Source of the DNA: Catajapyx aquilonaris | Taxonomy: Eukaryota | Assembly (NCBI GenBank): GCA_000934665.2 | Contig: KZ538789.1 | Location: forward strand, 1 to 47,639 | Direction: 5' to 3' | Length of the DNA stretch: 47,639 nt | Part shown: positions 26,884 through 38,666 of the stretch, in pieces | Layout: each line of letters opens with the position of its first letter | Numbering within the stretch: the first letter of the stretch is position 1 | Program-made: the position numbers and the translations under genes | Notes under the pieces: model-generated | Seen by the model: the letters and a program-made list of their open reading frames with translations, nothing else | Databases searched by the model: none | What the model was told of the DNA's origin: nothing

Positions 26884-29800
26884 AAACAATCCCTGGATGC
26901 AGCAGAAACTTGTCAAGTACCGGTACCGTACTTCATTATGATAATTGGACGGTGTTTCTCAAAACTGTTCTCATGCGGGTTGACTCATTATTGCACAACA
27001 TCGTCCAATCCTTCATGCCTCCAGATAATTATGCAGAGTAGTGAATTTTCAGAGAAGAAACTGGGAGAACTTCAGAAAGAATCCATCGTAAAAATACAAA
27101 ATAAAGAAAACTTTGTCCACAGCAACAAATTATTTGGCTGATCGAACTCACAGGACCCTCTTGTGTGATATGGCAATGGCCCGAACCTAATGCGTCCTAA
27201 AGGCTTCGCCAATAAATTTCGTTTTTGTACACAATCTTGGCTCCCCGAATACAAGTCTGGAGTCCAATAAGCGGGTTCCCTGATTGAAAAGCTAAGGGGG
27301 CGAAAATCCTGATGTCAGGACCCGGCCTGATAAGGGCCTCTCTAGCTTTTTGGGGCTCAGCAGGCGGGATTAGGAGGCGGAGACACCTCTAATGAGCGGA
27401 TCCGGGAGGTCTCCGGAGGTCCTTTTCCACTCTCTTGCCTTGTTTATTCACAGCTGGGAGACAGGTAGGGTGGGGGAAGTGACTAGGTGCTAGGGAAGAG
27501 AGAAAAAATAGCTTTTATCAACGGCCTGCTAACCTGCTAATGTCATTCTTTGGGGCTTCCATTCAGCCTGTTGTCGGCATAACATGACTTTGCGTTTACA
27601 TTCAATTCCGTATGCATTGAACCCGCAGATTGGCGATCGTGTAAATGGGATTGATGTCTGCCAGGGGGCCCCTATTGAATCTATTTGGAGCCGCGTTATC
27701 AGGCTAGTGTTATGGATATGTAATTGTGGGGTGGGAGAGAGAAAAAAACAGGCCCGGGCGACACTAATGGTGAAGTGCCATCAAAAGCAATCATTTTCGG
27801 CGGTCCTTTTCACATGCTCTCTGAGGGGCAAATGGTCAAAAGCAATAAAAGTTGGGAGGCTAAGATACCGTTAAGTTATTTCGGAAAACAAATTTGCAGG
27901 AAGTGCGTGACCAATTTGGCTGATTGTGCTTAGCACCTTGGCAGATACAGCCCAGTTGTGGAGGCATACGCAAAAATAAAAAGCGAAGTACTGCACATGG
28001 AGGCAAACTTTATGCAAGTATTCATCTAGAATACATATTTTAAGTAGTTGTTAATTACAGGGGTCGAAATATTCGGATGCAGAGGTGCAATTCGCACTCC
28101 AAACTGAGCCTTGGAGTACAAAGTTTGCACTCCAGTTGGTCCGGATTTTTACCAAGTATAAGTGCGAACATTGCACGTCGACATTTTTTTTTAATCGACC
28201 CCTGTAATTACAAAGGCTTCTGTCTCTGGAAAGGGGTCCTTCACAACCATTTTAATTTATTGTCTCGAAGTTGTCTTTTGTCGGTTGATGGCGCTCAACA
28301 TCTCATGTATGGTGCAGATGTATCCTTTGGCTCAGATGCTCTATACAGGTGACTAGGCCTTTAGAACTTGCCACATGGTTGCAGAGTATCTTTTCATCTC
28401 TGAACCAAGTTCAGGACCATCAGATTAAATAAGAATGTTTCCTCGCCTTTCTCCCCTGTACCTCGCACCTGAGAGATTGCGCAAGGCCGGCCGTCAGGAA
28501 AAATAAATTAACTACATGGCCGCTCCTTCCTTGCAAATATGCATAAGCTCTCATAATGGCGAACCAGTGTGCCAACTGTTAATTACCGGTAAGAAATCGA
28601 TGAAATAATCAGTATGCAGGTGGTGCACATGAAAGGATCCTGATTATGAGAGCGTAGGCGAAGTGAAACCCGACAAGTTATACGTGCTCGCCGCAACACT
28701 GCGGCTTACCGTAATGCAATTCGAGCCAGCAACATCGTTGCAATTATTCTGCACTTCATACTCCAGGGATCTTAAATGCGCAAAAAGCCCAGGGGGTTAA
28801 AAGGAAGCAATATCAGATATGGCTTCCGCGGGCTAATGCTCTTACACGTTCTAGAAAAGTCTGTCCAATTAACTGGCGCCGTACACCTGATCTCCAGCCC
28901 TTAATGTTCGAGCCCAGTTTGTGCTTACCTTAATCCGTTTATCTCCCTTTCCAAAATTCGCACAAAATTAGCTCCCAAAATTTTTCTCACATCCACACTT
29001 CACAACCACGTAGAAACACTGTTATCTGCCTTCTCAACAGGTACTTAGCTCCTATCAGCACCCCACTGGTCCCCTCCCACTGAGGGATTACCACTAGCAC
29101 ATTATCACCAAAAAAAAAGGGCGTAGCCAGGCATGACTTACCTTTGGCTCGCAGGTCTGGTGGCAGGCGTACTTGCAAACTGTGGATAGAAAAAAAGGAA
29201 GAGATGAGACATGGTCGGACAAGTCAAAAGGGGTTGCCGCTTTGCCAGGGGCTGTTGAATTGGAACCGAAAGGCCGACGGACCCCCCAAAAAAAATTTAC
29301 AAAAAAAAATAAAGAGACTCAGGTGCCACCCTCCCCAAATTCCTCCGCGCCCATTTCTGACACTGTTGCCACCGTTTTTGTGTCAAGCGATTGTTCGGCA
29401 ACGTCGGTGTTTTTTGGAGGGGNNNNNNNNNNNAGGTAAGGTTTCAGGTTTGCTTCTCACGTGCTCATATCACATGCCTTGGAGGTATGAGATATGGATG
29501 TGCTGAAAGAGGAGGTTTCTACGATTGCGTCTTTTTCTCTGGTTTATTTTTTTGTCGTGGTGGTGGTGGTGGTGTTCGTGATGTGAATGAAATATTGGGC
29601 CAAACCCATGTTATAACGCCCCATTGGAACCGCCGCCTAGCAGTTTCCGATTGCATCTACAAGCAACCATTACAGGGAATCCTCATTATACGACCGGATT
29701 AAGTTTCCTCAAATCGAAGTTTATGTGAGCGCGAGGGCTTATATCGTAACATGTTTTCCCAACAATAACTATTAAAATGCCCGAAATATGTCCCCATAAC

Positions 29801-32800
29801 CCACCTCATTATTTCGATCCAGCATTGGGACTTAAGTCATTCTTAACATTTGAATCGGTCGGGAGAAAAACATGCCAACCTCCAGGGGAGTTAACATGTT
29901 TTTTCTCCCGAGCCCTTCACACTGCACCTTGTTGATACAACCCGGCCACAAAATGTGGAAAAGTGAGGAAGCCAGCACCTTTTGCAATGGACAAAGGAGC
30001 AAATCATGGAAGAATGGTCTCCATGGCGATTTTCGCTCCAAACAGAAAAGGCGATCAATTCAGAGGCGGTTTCGGATTGGAAGAAGTCGGTTTTTTCCCC
30101 CCTGCTTACTTGGCAGCCTCTGCATCATTCTGAGCATCTGTCTTACTCTGCAGAAATGGGAATAATGAAAGTAAGATGATGCCAACAGGAAAAATACTTC
30201 ATCCAAGCGGCTCTTGAATTTGTCTTGTTTCCTAATTGGAGGTATTTTTTTTTCAGTTTTGGAACCTTGATTGGCCATGCCTGACTTGTATGCTAATGTA
30301 AATGCCCATATCCTGGTCACAAAAATAAATTGGAACCAATTACATTACTAACAGGCTTTAGGTCGGTGGAACTGTGCACCTGAAAAGTACTATAGTAGTG
30401 TACAAGGGTCGCATTTTAAATGGCGCCGATATACCGGATATCACATAAAGTGAATAGGAACTTTGGTACTGACGTCATAATCAGAACAATAACATTCCTC
30501 ACCACACACCATTGAAGTACCCCCAAGTTCCATTACCGAGCTTGCTGCACACCCGCATTTCATGAAGACGACAAACTGAAATGGCACTATAAATAGCTGC
30601 CAATTAGCCGCGCTTTGTCAGAGCCATTCACACTGGCTGGTGCGACCGTCTGTAGCTATACTGACTGGTAAAGGTACTCGAAAGAAGTGCGCTGCACAGC
30701 TCGCACTTGCTGCTCAGTCGGTCCCTTTTAATTAGGGCACATCACGAGAGTAATAACTAATTATCCGCAAATCACGTCCAGCTCAAGGCACAAGCTCTGA
30801 CTAACAAGCATCAAAATTCTTCCACCCAAACTGCCCTGTAGTACTGTACACTGCTCTCCACTCGCACCGCTCACGTCGGAAAATTTCCAGGGGACTGCTA
30901 TATGTACTTTTCATGCATTTTTCGTTAATACCGACGGTACATGTTGGATATACTCACCCCGACAGCAGCTTCCCTGTCGCAGGATGGGCTGGTGGCAGAG
31001 ATGGCAGGGGCGAGGCTTCCGGAAAGTCTTGGTCCGGAAAGCATGGCGCTGCCCACCTCCATCGTTGCCCTGCAAATAACACACTCACTCGTAACCAAAT
31101 AGACTCCAATTTCCGGGGGGTGCCATATAAACCACACACTCAAGTTCCTTCCGAGTCCAACCCTCCGTGAAATTGGTTACAAGAGGGGGCGGACTCGTCT
31201 TTAATGCGCCCCTCTACCTTTCCCCCCCCCCCCNCTATCTCTTTGGACATACCAACTCGTGACGACTTGCTGGTTACGCCCTTGATGCTAATTCATTCTC
31301 CCGCCCCATGCTAATTAGCCCGGTCATGTGGATGGTCATCAAGAGTCCGAGCCCAGGGATTTTTGTTGTACAGCGTGTAATGGATTCAGGGACACACGCA
31401 CGTGCGTGAAGGTGCGAATTTCATTATGGTTTGTAGCCTTCAGCCCGAAGTGCGTTCACGAATAATAATTTTTAGACAAGTTTCCGATAAAATCCGGCTT
31501 CCATTGCAGACAAGTAATAAATGTCAAAGCGGCATCTCCAACTCGGACTGATTACATTGAACCAAAGCTACTCCAACACCGAGTTGTAAGGTCTCATTAC
31601 TAATGGCCTCATCCCTGAGCGTGAAAAAAACCGCTGGCTCCACATAAATGTCTCATTCGTTAAGCAGGAATTATGCATCGGGGTGTCCGAGCCTCCCTGC
31701 CTTAGTATTTGCAGGAGTCGGCTCCGAGCTTGAAAGGACCGATGAATATTGGATGAGAAAACCGTCAGTAAAGTTGCGAATCAAGCCTCGGGGTCATAAT
31801 CACCGGGTTTTGGTGTGAAGTCGGGTCGCTAACCCTAATGTAACCGTAATGTGACTGCCACGACAATTTTCGGGGGGGAGAGAAAGTATAGCCTACGGCG
31901 GTCAGGAAAGGCAAAAGGAGAGTTTGGGTTACATCCAGCACGACTTCCTGAAACTTATGCATTATGTATAAATGTACAGGGTGGTTTGCTTGGCTTATAT
32001 GCTTCATTCTGTATTGGTTGCTGTGGGGTGTACTGAACCACCCTGTAGGTGCAGATATCTTTCGGACTGCTCTGTTTTTCTTCCAACCAAACCAGACACC
32101 CATAAGTTTCGGTTATGGCACACTTGCCGCCATTTTTTTTTTAAAGGGTATATAGGAGGGGATTTTTTTGGACCACTTTTTTCTGAACCCATCCAGGAAG
32201 GGACGAAAACTTCCTTACCGGCTTTTCAATTCCGGTTAGACAAACACAGAGAGAGATTGGAGCAATGGGCGCGCGCGTGTGTAACTTGAAGGACGACTAA
32301 AAACTTCCCACCAAACTCAGCCTCCATCTGTTGGGCTTTGCATACATTTCTCAGACTAGACGGGGCGCTTCTTTAGCAATTTGATTTGCGCTTCTGTTTG
32401 TTCCGCAATCCACTGGTTCGTCCTTTTTGTCCTCCAAACCGGTTTCCTCTTGCAATGTAATAAATCTGGTGCATTCAGACATCGATGCAATCCATATGCA
32501 ATATTTAAAAAAAATCAAAAAGGAAGTACGATCCATATATTATAGTGGGTGCATAAATCAAGAATCATGATCATACAGAAAAAAATAGTTTAAATGCACC
32601 CCGCTGTACAACCGATTCACAATAAAGGCAGCGGTACCGGTATGGGTTTTGAACTAATCAAAGAGAGCAAACGGTACTGCAGCAACAAAAATAAACCTAT
32701 GGGGATGAATTCATAAATCTCCCATCAATAAATGTTCAGGGCATTCTAATCTGCATATCACAAAAGTTTGAGATACAAATAGAACCACTATAGAGTGCTC

Positions 32801-35800
32801 CAATGTCATTTCATGCGATGTCTACAAACTATCGTTCAACAGCAGTGATTTGGAACGCGCCAACGAGAGGCAATTGAGAAGACGGTTGGCCCCAATTGAA
32901 TCCAATTGCTTAACATTGCAGTTGACCTTATTGGAGAAGAGGGGTTGACCTATATGTGCGTGAATGACCGGGAAATTACTCCGGAAAACTGGAGGGATCC
33001 GGGTGTTTCACTTTTTCCCCCTTGCTTCGAGGCTTATAAATACACCAGCTGACATACGGTTGGATCATCCCCTTTACAACGCGGTTTTTCTCTCTCTCTC
33101 GTCTTTTCCTGAAACTACCCCCATGGGAACTAGAAACCTTCGCCAAAAAAGGTCTTAATTACATAGCGGACAGGAGAGGAGGTTATAATGATGAGACGCT
33201 AATCACCTTTCCATCCTGGCGCACATACGGGCTTGTTCCGGCAGAAGATCCGCCTGCTCCCATCACTGACGCCACGCACTACACATGTGCTTCACCAAAG
33301 CACCATCAATATATAAGTTACATGAGCACATACTCACACATTACGTAACTAATAAAAGGTCAGTATGGCTGATGAGAGCATGCTTTCTCTCTTCAGGTTC
33401 AGTCAAGCTTTAAAACCAGCCACCCACGCACTAGGAACGCACACATGTGTATGTGACACAGACCCTGCCGAGCGAAGGTCAAATCCAAGGCAGCCTGGGG
33501 GCCTCCCGCTGAGGTCAGTGGAAGTGACCTCTGAGGGAGGCCGCAGGCTGCACATATCCCAAAACCCCACAGGGGGGAACTTTTCCTCTAGATGCAAGGA
33601 ATGCGCATATATAGGGTTACAACGTTTTTCAGCAATTAGGACGAACGGAGTCGAAACAGAAGCAGAGGATATGTTACAAAGTTGTAATCAGAAGCTCTCT
33701 GAAAAGTTTCACTTTCATATATTGGAACTGGTATTTCCCAATAATATATTGGCTTCAATTCTTTCCCTGTTTGCACTCTACTCAGAAATTCAATTGCGTC
33801 ATAAAGTACATCCTCAAAGTCAGACCTACTTTGGCATTTTCGCCATCCAAGGGTCAAGCTGATGATACTAGTGAAATCATGAAAAAGCAGTTTGTCAAAC
33901 GTGACACTATCTTCCCGCGAGCGTCTATCTCGGGATGTCACTTGCTAAGTCAAAGAGGTCAGGAGCTGTAAATATTTGTCCGATCGCAATCGGATTTTCT
34001 CGTTTCGCTTTCGAACTCGCCCAAGACAAGGACTCTCGGGTCCATTTGTCAATTATGAAAATTGCATCCGCCAGTACTAAGCAGGCACGATAATTAGAGG
34101 AGGGCAACCCCTCATTTTTTCTTATGCCCTCGAAAATGGTGAGAGGTCCGGCGCGTACACACACAAAAAATATATACCTGTCTGCCAAATTCTTTCACGC
34201 AGCTCGGACCAAGCCAGACTGTTTTTATCGTTTGTACTCATCGCGTCCGTACCCACTGGTCGGAATAATGGCCAGACCCTCTGGAGTGTACCCAACACAC
34301 ACCTTTTCCTTCTTACCTCTTTTTCTCTCTCTCTCTCGCTCTCTCTCCTCCCGAATTCTCCTCGCTCACTAACGGAACCGGATCCCCCGTTATCCCTTTA
34401 AAAAGCACCGGGTCCCGGGATATTTAGCGGCAGTTTCTGACACGCCTCTTCCAGGCTCGGGTTTCTTATATGAACTCTCCTGAAAGAAGCCTAAATCCAT
34501 TTTGAGTTGCTTGTCATCGCCGAGTTTACAAACATGGCGCCAGGTGGTACGTACTACGTAGAGAAAAAATAACGATGGACGTGACGGGGGATTAACGGAA
34601 CGTGTGCCGGACACGTGGATCCAACACACGTGGGGAATGTCGCCTCTGGTCTTGCGTCAATGACGCCTCCGATAGATGAGGGCTATGGCAATGACGGTGC
34701 CAGATAATCGCTGATGGCCATGTCGGGCGGTCAAATGGGGTCACGAAAAAGACAATGTTTTAAGCAGGACAATGGTTGTCTCGTCTGCATACAACGGCTC
34801 TTACGTACTCATTCATTACGTCGGGCGCATGTCCAAGTGTCCATAGAGCCCTTCCCCCATTCACTCTCAGGGATGAGGTCAAGGACCAAACCCGCCCAAA
34901 AATTCCGCTCCCTCCCCCACCACCACCTTCTCCATCCCCTCTCCTGGCCACAACAAAAACTCTTCTCTTTATAATCCTGCCCCCACTTGGCCCACCCAGG
35001 CGGCATTGCCACTTTTGGGAGTGCATTTCATACCCGAAGTTTGTTTGGGTTGCACTTTGCAACGTATACATTTGGCATCGGGCCTTGACGTGATTCTTGG
35101 AACAGTTCATAATGACCTTCTGTGGCTTTCGGAAGCGCCACTGGTGCACACGTTTCTCGGGAACACCGATTGAATCCCCCCAACTCTTGACAACACCATT
35201 ACACGCTCCCCTACCAAAAAATGAGATGCAAAACCGAGATTAATATGTCCAGAACTCATTGTTCCTATTACGTGGACAATGAAGTAGATACGGCGACTTA
35301 CACCCTCGAATTGAAGACTCGCCGCCAAAGGTTATCATCCGGAATGATCGGAGATTTGGGACAAAGAGGTATGGCCGATCCGACTTGTGCGATAATAGGC
35401 CGTCACGTCCGACAAAAACACAGATAACGCCCTGGGATGTGACAGACCCCATGCTTTTTTTTCCCTCCACCCCCTCTGAGAGCTCCAGTCCTTTTATTCT
35501 GGAGCCATAACAGTGGGACGCCCTTCCCCACATTTGTATCCAGCTCACCTAATAAAGAGAAGGTCACCTCCCCAGTTTGCCCCTTTTTAACTCCCATTCG
35601 GAGCCAAATAAACCCATTAGGCCACACTCCACGGTTGCCAGGCGACTGCCACACAGATCAGTGGGTGTGGTGGGAGGCAAAGGATCCCAAGAGAAGAAGA
35701 AAAAAAAGGTCCCAAAATTGGGGGGAAAGGGTGAGGCACTGGCTGCTGTGTGTGCAAGCACCACAAGTTGCAAGTGGCAATTGATAAATGGTATCTTTAC

Positions 35801-38666
35801 CTAAGGGGACGTCCCAGAATGCAGGATCTCACAATAATCGTGGGCCTGGGTTGCTTATCCGGAAAAGGGGGGCGGTTGAAGCGACTGTTGGGTTTAGCGG
35901 GCAACATAAACCACATTTTTATGGGCCTGCTCCGATGTTCATCTGCGCCCTCATGTTTACCAATGGCGGCTGAGGTAGGCCTACCCAAAAGGGTATATTT
36001 TTACTCCTTAACCCGCACCCCCCTTTCACCATTACCATGCCTGCGTTTGGACTTATATATATTTTTTGTGTGGTACGCTGTCAGACATCACTGCTGGCTT
36101 CCGAGGTGTGCTTAGCAATTGGGTGTTGCCCACATAAATCAAGGGATTCAATACCAAAGGAGCTACTGGCAACAAATGTTATAAAAAGGGCAAGGGTTTT
36201 TCCTCGGTGTCCTTTTAAGGCGAGTGTGTGTCTCTGGAGCCCTGATCACGATTCCGGTCTCATCCACTCCGGGGCGATACTAAGCGTCAAGTGGGTTGTA
36301 ACCCCCTCCAGGCCTATTCCCAGCCCCTATGTAAATCAGCTCTGCCTCGCATGACTGGAAAAGTCTTTATAAACAAGATCCCCGGTTCCTGATTGCCGCA
36401 CCGGGGCACCCAATTTAATGAGTCAATAAAGCATATGAAAATCGGAGATGGCGAATAATATGCTGGCCTCGGGTCATATTTCGCCAGAGCAACACATTCG
36501 CATCAAAGTGGCCGCACCTCTCGTAGTTTGTTTTTAGCCACCTGGGATTATTACAGGGTGAGGCACAGATCGGATCACAAGCTGGAGTTCGTCTGCTCTG
36601 CTGCTTAAACGTGTGTCATTACGCCACACCCATATGATTGCCAATCACTTCACGCTCCAACCAGCCAAGCATTCAGTTCTACTCCAGAGGCTTTCCCCTT
36701 CTCTCAAACACCAAGAAAATACTGGGGTATGCACAAAAAAATATATATGTATTTCAAGGCCATATCCATGTTTTTTTGCTTTTTAAAAATTGGCGAGGCC
36801 GGGCTTTTAAACTTTTGTCCGGTCCAGTTTTTTTATTCCAGCGATTCGCGAAAAAGTTTCTGGGCGGATTTCGCCCATCATCTGGGCTGACGTTCATGAC
36901 ATCATTTTCCCCCACCTTTCAGACTCATCCGCGGCACACCTGGGATGCCCCCTTAATCACACACCGGGGGGAGACGGATCCCCTCTTCTTTTTATTTTTT
37001 TATTTTTTTTAAATGAATGGCGGACATGATCAGTCACTGTCACAAACGGAGCCGGAGTACCGCACCCTCCGAAATATTCAGATTTTGCAATAATTTTACC
37101 AGCACGGCGCTTACAACTTTTTTAATTCAAAGCCGCGAAATTACGTGCCCGTTATAAACCCCGTACTTTTAAAATTTATTAGCAGAACCCGCCGATGCAA
37201 TTTATCGAACACGTTTTTTTTTTTTTTTTTCAGACACGTCGACTGGTTACTTTCCCTGCACGTGTCTGGTCCCTTCCAAGTACACCGATGAGTTGTATAA
37301 AACTGCGCGCTGCTGGAGTGTTTCATTGATAGATTCGGCGTATGGATAATTGCGGCATGCTGTGATCGTGCCCTGGGATGTAATTGAAAATTCAAGGCTC
37401 CCCTGTTCACTTATGCATGCGGAGGTTGGTTATTATTGTTATTAATATAATTAGATACTGAGGGGGGGGGGGTAGGGGTCATTTGCAATAGTAGCTGGCA
37501 CGTTTGCTGCATAAAAATTAATAAGTTTCTTTCAGATACCCGATAAGTGTGTAAGACACACCGACAAAATCGGATTTATTTCCTTCCTATGGCTAATCGA
37601 AATTCGCTGAAATAGGTCGTACACGAAATTAAAATTTTCTGTTTGCTCTGCACAGTGTACACGACGTAATCATTGAAAGCGTGGCAGACGTAAATATAGA
37701 GCCTACTGTTCATTATTTCCCAAAGAAACAAAGGCAGGATTTCAATTTACACACAAGCAATCTTCATGTTTATAGTTATGACCTCGTTTTACAGCAGGTC
37801 CACTGAACTAATAAATCAAACCGAGACCATAATTTCAACTCTTACTGTACATACAGAGTGCTCATATAATCCAAGACGCCGTCGTTACCACGAATTTTAA
37901 CGACACCTTCATACTATTGTGAACATGGTTCCGGAAGTATTTGTTATTGCCATTGTTCGAAATTAGTCGGTCGCCAGTCGCACTTCGCGACGTGAAGTTA
38001 TATCCATTGGAAACCGCATAAAGATTTCTTATCGCCTAGCTTGGCTGCTATAGCTTGTTCCTCCTAATATTGCATTTCTCTGATTTCTCTAAATAATAAT
38101 TGGATTCTGGTTGTTCATTGCAATGTAGTGCTGCTCGTACGCACAATTCGGCTAAATATATAGCTTGTAGATTTCTGAGTACAACGAAGTTGTTGTGTCG
38201 CAAAAATACTACGCATTGAGCAGGTTTCCATTGCCTGCGACAGAACCAAGAGTTTCACAACGGACTGCTCTGTTTTAGAAAACTCTTTCAAGTTAGCATG
38301 GACATACTGTAATTCTGAAAACATTAACAAGCAACCCGGTGTTTGACAGTTACTGTCCGCCAAACCGCTACTGATTCACAGTTGCACATTACATGCACAT
38401 TAAATGGAAAGATCCACCCGCAACTTTTAAAAATCAAGCATGACAAGTGTGCAAAGGGCAACGTTTGAAGAGGCGCCAATTTCCCGCGCCTTCTTATCAG
38501 CCCATCCCCTGCCTCTAAAACATTATTTATTCCCTTGTTTATTTTCTTGTTAGGTAAAGAAAAAAAAGAGGTGTTGGTCTCTGACCTGTCTGAGCAGCAG
38601 ATGAATAGGAGGACTGATGGAGGGCGCCCTGTGGTCCATCCGAAAGCAGGATCCCAGCCACGGCAT
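1022..38666 (-). CDS. tns: Tensin (C1 + PTEN-like phosphatase + C2 + middle region), multi-exon, 3' part outside the window
   Basis: Manual splicing of exons 38586-38666 (candidate), 30958-31069, 29142-29179, 17975-18022, 14522-14722, 12333-12517, 12013-12159, 10125-10537, 9489-9698, 5381-5739, 4669-4877, 4421-4612 and 1022-1457 gives one open frame with all intron phases matching. Tensin motifs recognised from memory: DLTYITERVIA, GWPxxxAPPLE, ALDRFAM, FRVQFHTC, GPLDGSLYA, SFDRERPFVAV. Confidence 0.95.
2813..2979 (-). CDS. Candidate internal first exon (MSPYTRG...GNLEEVG) for a short isoform
   Basis: Donor GG|GTGAGT in phase 2, matching the phase-2 acceptor at 1457; ATG at 2979; no homology. 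Confidence 0.35.
4421..4612 (-). CDS. tns: Tensin exon (SYSNSNHKGVLGTQAGLASPVLVRK...DDELSFEES)
   Basis: Follows a 56-nt intron (4613-4668); acceptor tgtttcag|, donor AG|GTAAGG; phase 2-2 and open. Confidence 0.85.
4669..4877 (-). CDS. tns: Tensin exon (YRTT...IPYHARPDSQPFTYG...PIH)
   Basis: Acceptor ccgttacag| (exact 5' edge less certain), donor AG|GTAATT; phase 0 to 2; PYHARxxSxPFTYG motif recalled from arthropod tensins. Confidence 0.85.
5381..5739 (-). CDS. tns: Tensin exon (VGHTLGPLDGSLYATVTK, polyQ, SMDSGISS, ELDALLHDM)
   Basis: Acceptor ctctttttcag|, donor CAC|GTAAGG; phase 1 to 0; conserved HTxGPLDGSLYA motif. Confidence 0.93.
9489..9698 (-). CDS. tns: Tensin exon, end of C2 domain (DLRFPLDGVVELHF...ILRWDSMEN)
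   Basis: Acceptor tcccttgcag|, donor GAA G|GTAGGC; phase 1-1; DxRFP and RWDSxEN motifs. Confidence 0.92.
10125..10537 (-). CDS. tns: Tensin exon, C2 domain (FLEYFANFVSG...REVIFRVQFHTC...ELDVACQ)
   Basis: Acceptor aatttcag|G, donor CAA G|GTGTGA; tensin-type C2 motifs. Confidence 0.94.
12013..12159 (-). CDS. tns: Tensin exon (RNGRERLGVVVSAY...ALDRFAMQRYLDDKV...PSERR)
   Basis: Acceptor ccgtttcag|G, donor AG|GTACAT; phase 2-2; ALDRFAM tensin motif. Confidence 0.93.
12333..12517 (-). CDS. tns: Tensin exon, PTEN-like domain (VFNVS...GWPEAMAPPLE...VAVLHS)
   Basis: Acceptor ttttgcag|GTG. The donor is inferred as GC-type (AG|GCAAGC) from phase and P-loop alignment. Confidence 0.9.
14522..14722 (-). 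CDS. tns: Tensin exon, start of PTEN-like domain (...AMDLTYITERVIALAFP...KHAHNYM)
   Basis: Acceptor ctcctccatcag|, donor ATG|GTGAGT; DLTYITERxIA motif of the PTEN/tensin family. Confidence 0.95.
14956..15109. mobile_element. Small foldback element / MITE
   Basis: aaagagcatccctggcgagtctctcat (14965-14991) is the inverse of 15065-15091 with 4 mismatches; outer ends taaacc...ggttta. Confidence 0.5.
17975..18022 (-). CDS. tns: Probable 48-nt tensin linker exon (QHGGDGLNRQMLRAKQ)
   Basis: Strong acceptor ttgttctcttcacag| and donor CAG|GTGAGA; phase 0-0 and open; no homology recognised. Confidence 0.65.
18121..18192. repeat. (ATT)24 microsatellite
   Basis: Direct reading. Confidence 0.98.
18387..18575 (-). 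CDS. Candidate alternative first exon (MRVEETSVWRW...LETEHQLQ)
   Basis: GC-rich 63-codon frame ending at CAG|GTAGTG, phase 0. Confidence 0.45.
19203..19262 (-). CDS. Candidate alternative first exon (MTIGVTMWPISCRVETLQEL)
   Basis: Consensus donor TTG|GTAAGT, phase 0, GC/CpG-rich upstream region. Confidence 0.5.
19675..19858. repeat. Tandem duplication, ~99-bp unit, about 1.9 copies
   Basis: catgcgYattcacactggtagatcccgatgtgtacatg...ggactgcgcatgc...ctggtcacttggt occurs twice. Confidence 0.9.
20866..21088 (-). mobile_element. Putative non-autonomous Helitron with an internal 77-bp tandem duplication
   Basis: Minus strand begins TCTATAC and ends GAACTAG|T, with a short cgcct/gggcg hairpin just upstream of CTAG; internal repeat units start at 20911 and 20988. 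Confidence 0.55.
22426..22538. mobile_element. Palindromic MITE remnant, possibly PIF/Harbinger-like
   Basis: Perfect 23-bp inverted repeat (22445-22467 and 22516-22538) with a further imperfect inner stem; preceded by TAA-GGGCCGGTTTCAC, a Harbinger-like end. Confidence 0.6.
22601..22835. mobile_element. MITE with ~54-bp imperfect TIRs and TA flanks (Tc1/mariner-pogo type)
   Basis: TA|acgtcaaacgtggtgatattgcgccaagtggggtgatattgtgccagctca ... tgagctggcacaatctcaccccacctggcacaatctcaccacgtttgacgg|TA; each TIR holds two GGTGAnATTG subrepeats. Confidence 0.85.
23105..23311 (-). CDS. Candidate alternative first exon (MSESSPYMNE...FPLVKAALA)
   Basis: 69-codon ATG-initiated frame ending at donor GCG|GTAAGG in phase 0. 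Confidence 0.5.
26817..26882. repeat. (AGT)22 microsatellite
   Basis: Direct reading. Confidence 0.98.
28058..28204. mobile_element. 147-bp MITE with 10-bp TIRs (CAGGGGTCGA)
   Basis: taatta|caggggtcga ... tcgacccctg|taatta; superfamily uncertain (hAT- or P-like end). Confidence 0.65.
29142..29179 (-). CDS. tns: Tensin 38-nt microexon, C1 domain ((V)CKYACHQTCEPK)
   Basis: Acceptor tctatccacag| and donor AAG|GTAAGT; phase 1 to 0 matches the preceding exon; C-x4-H-x2-C C1 pattern. Confidence 0.92.
29423..29433. other. Small assembly gap
   Basis: 11 N after a G run, in the intron between the two C1 exons. Confidence 1.
30958..31069 (-). CDS. tns: Tensin exon, first part of C1 domain (GNDGGGQRHAFRTKTFRKPRPCHLCHQPILRQGSCCR)
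   Basis: Acceptor ttatttgcag|GGC and donor CGG G|GTGAGT; H-x12-C-x2-C C1 pattern. This frame is not in the ORF track. Confidence 0.92.
38586..38666 (-). CDS. Candidate first coding exon of the C1-containing isoform (MPWLGSCFRMDHRAPSISPPIHLLLRQ)
   Basis: ATG in GAGCCATGC context, donor CAG|GTCAGA, phase 0 matching the C1 exon, GC-rich upstream region. No homology support. Confidence 0.55.

Noticed and set aside
27151..27196. Phase 0-0 mini-exon DALGSGHCHITQEGP as the source of the last C1 Cys
   Set aside because: Poor pyrimidine tract and wrong Cys spacing (ten intervening residues rather than seven).
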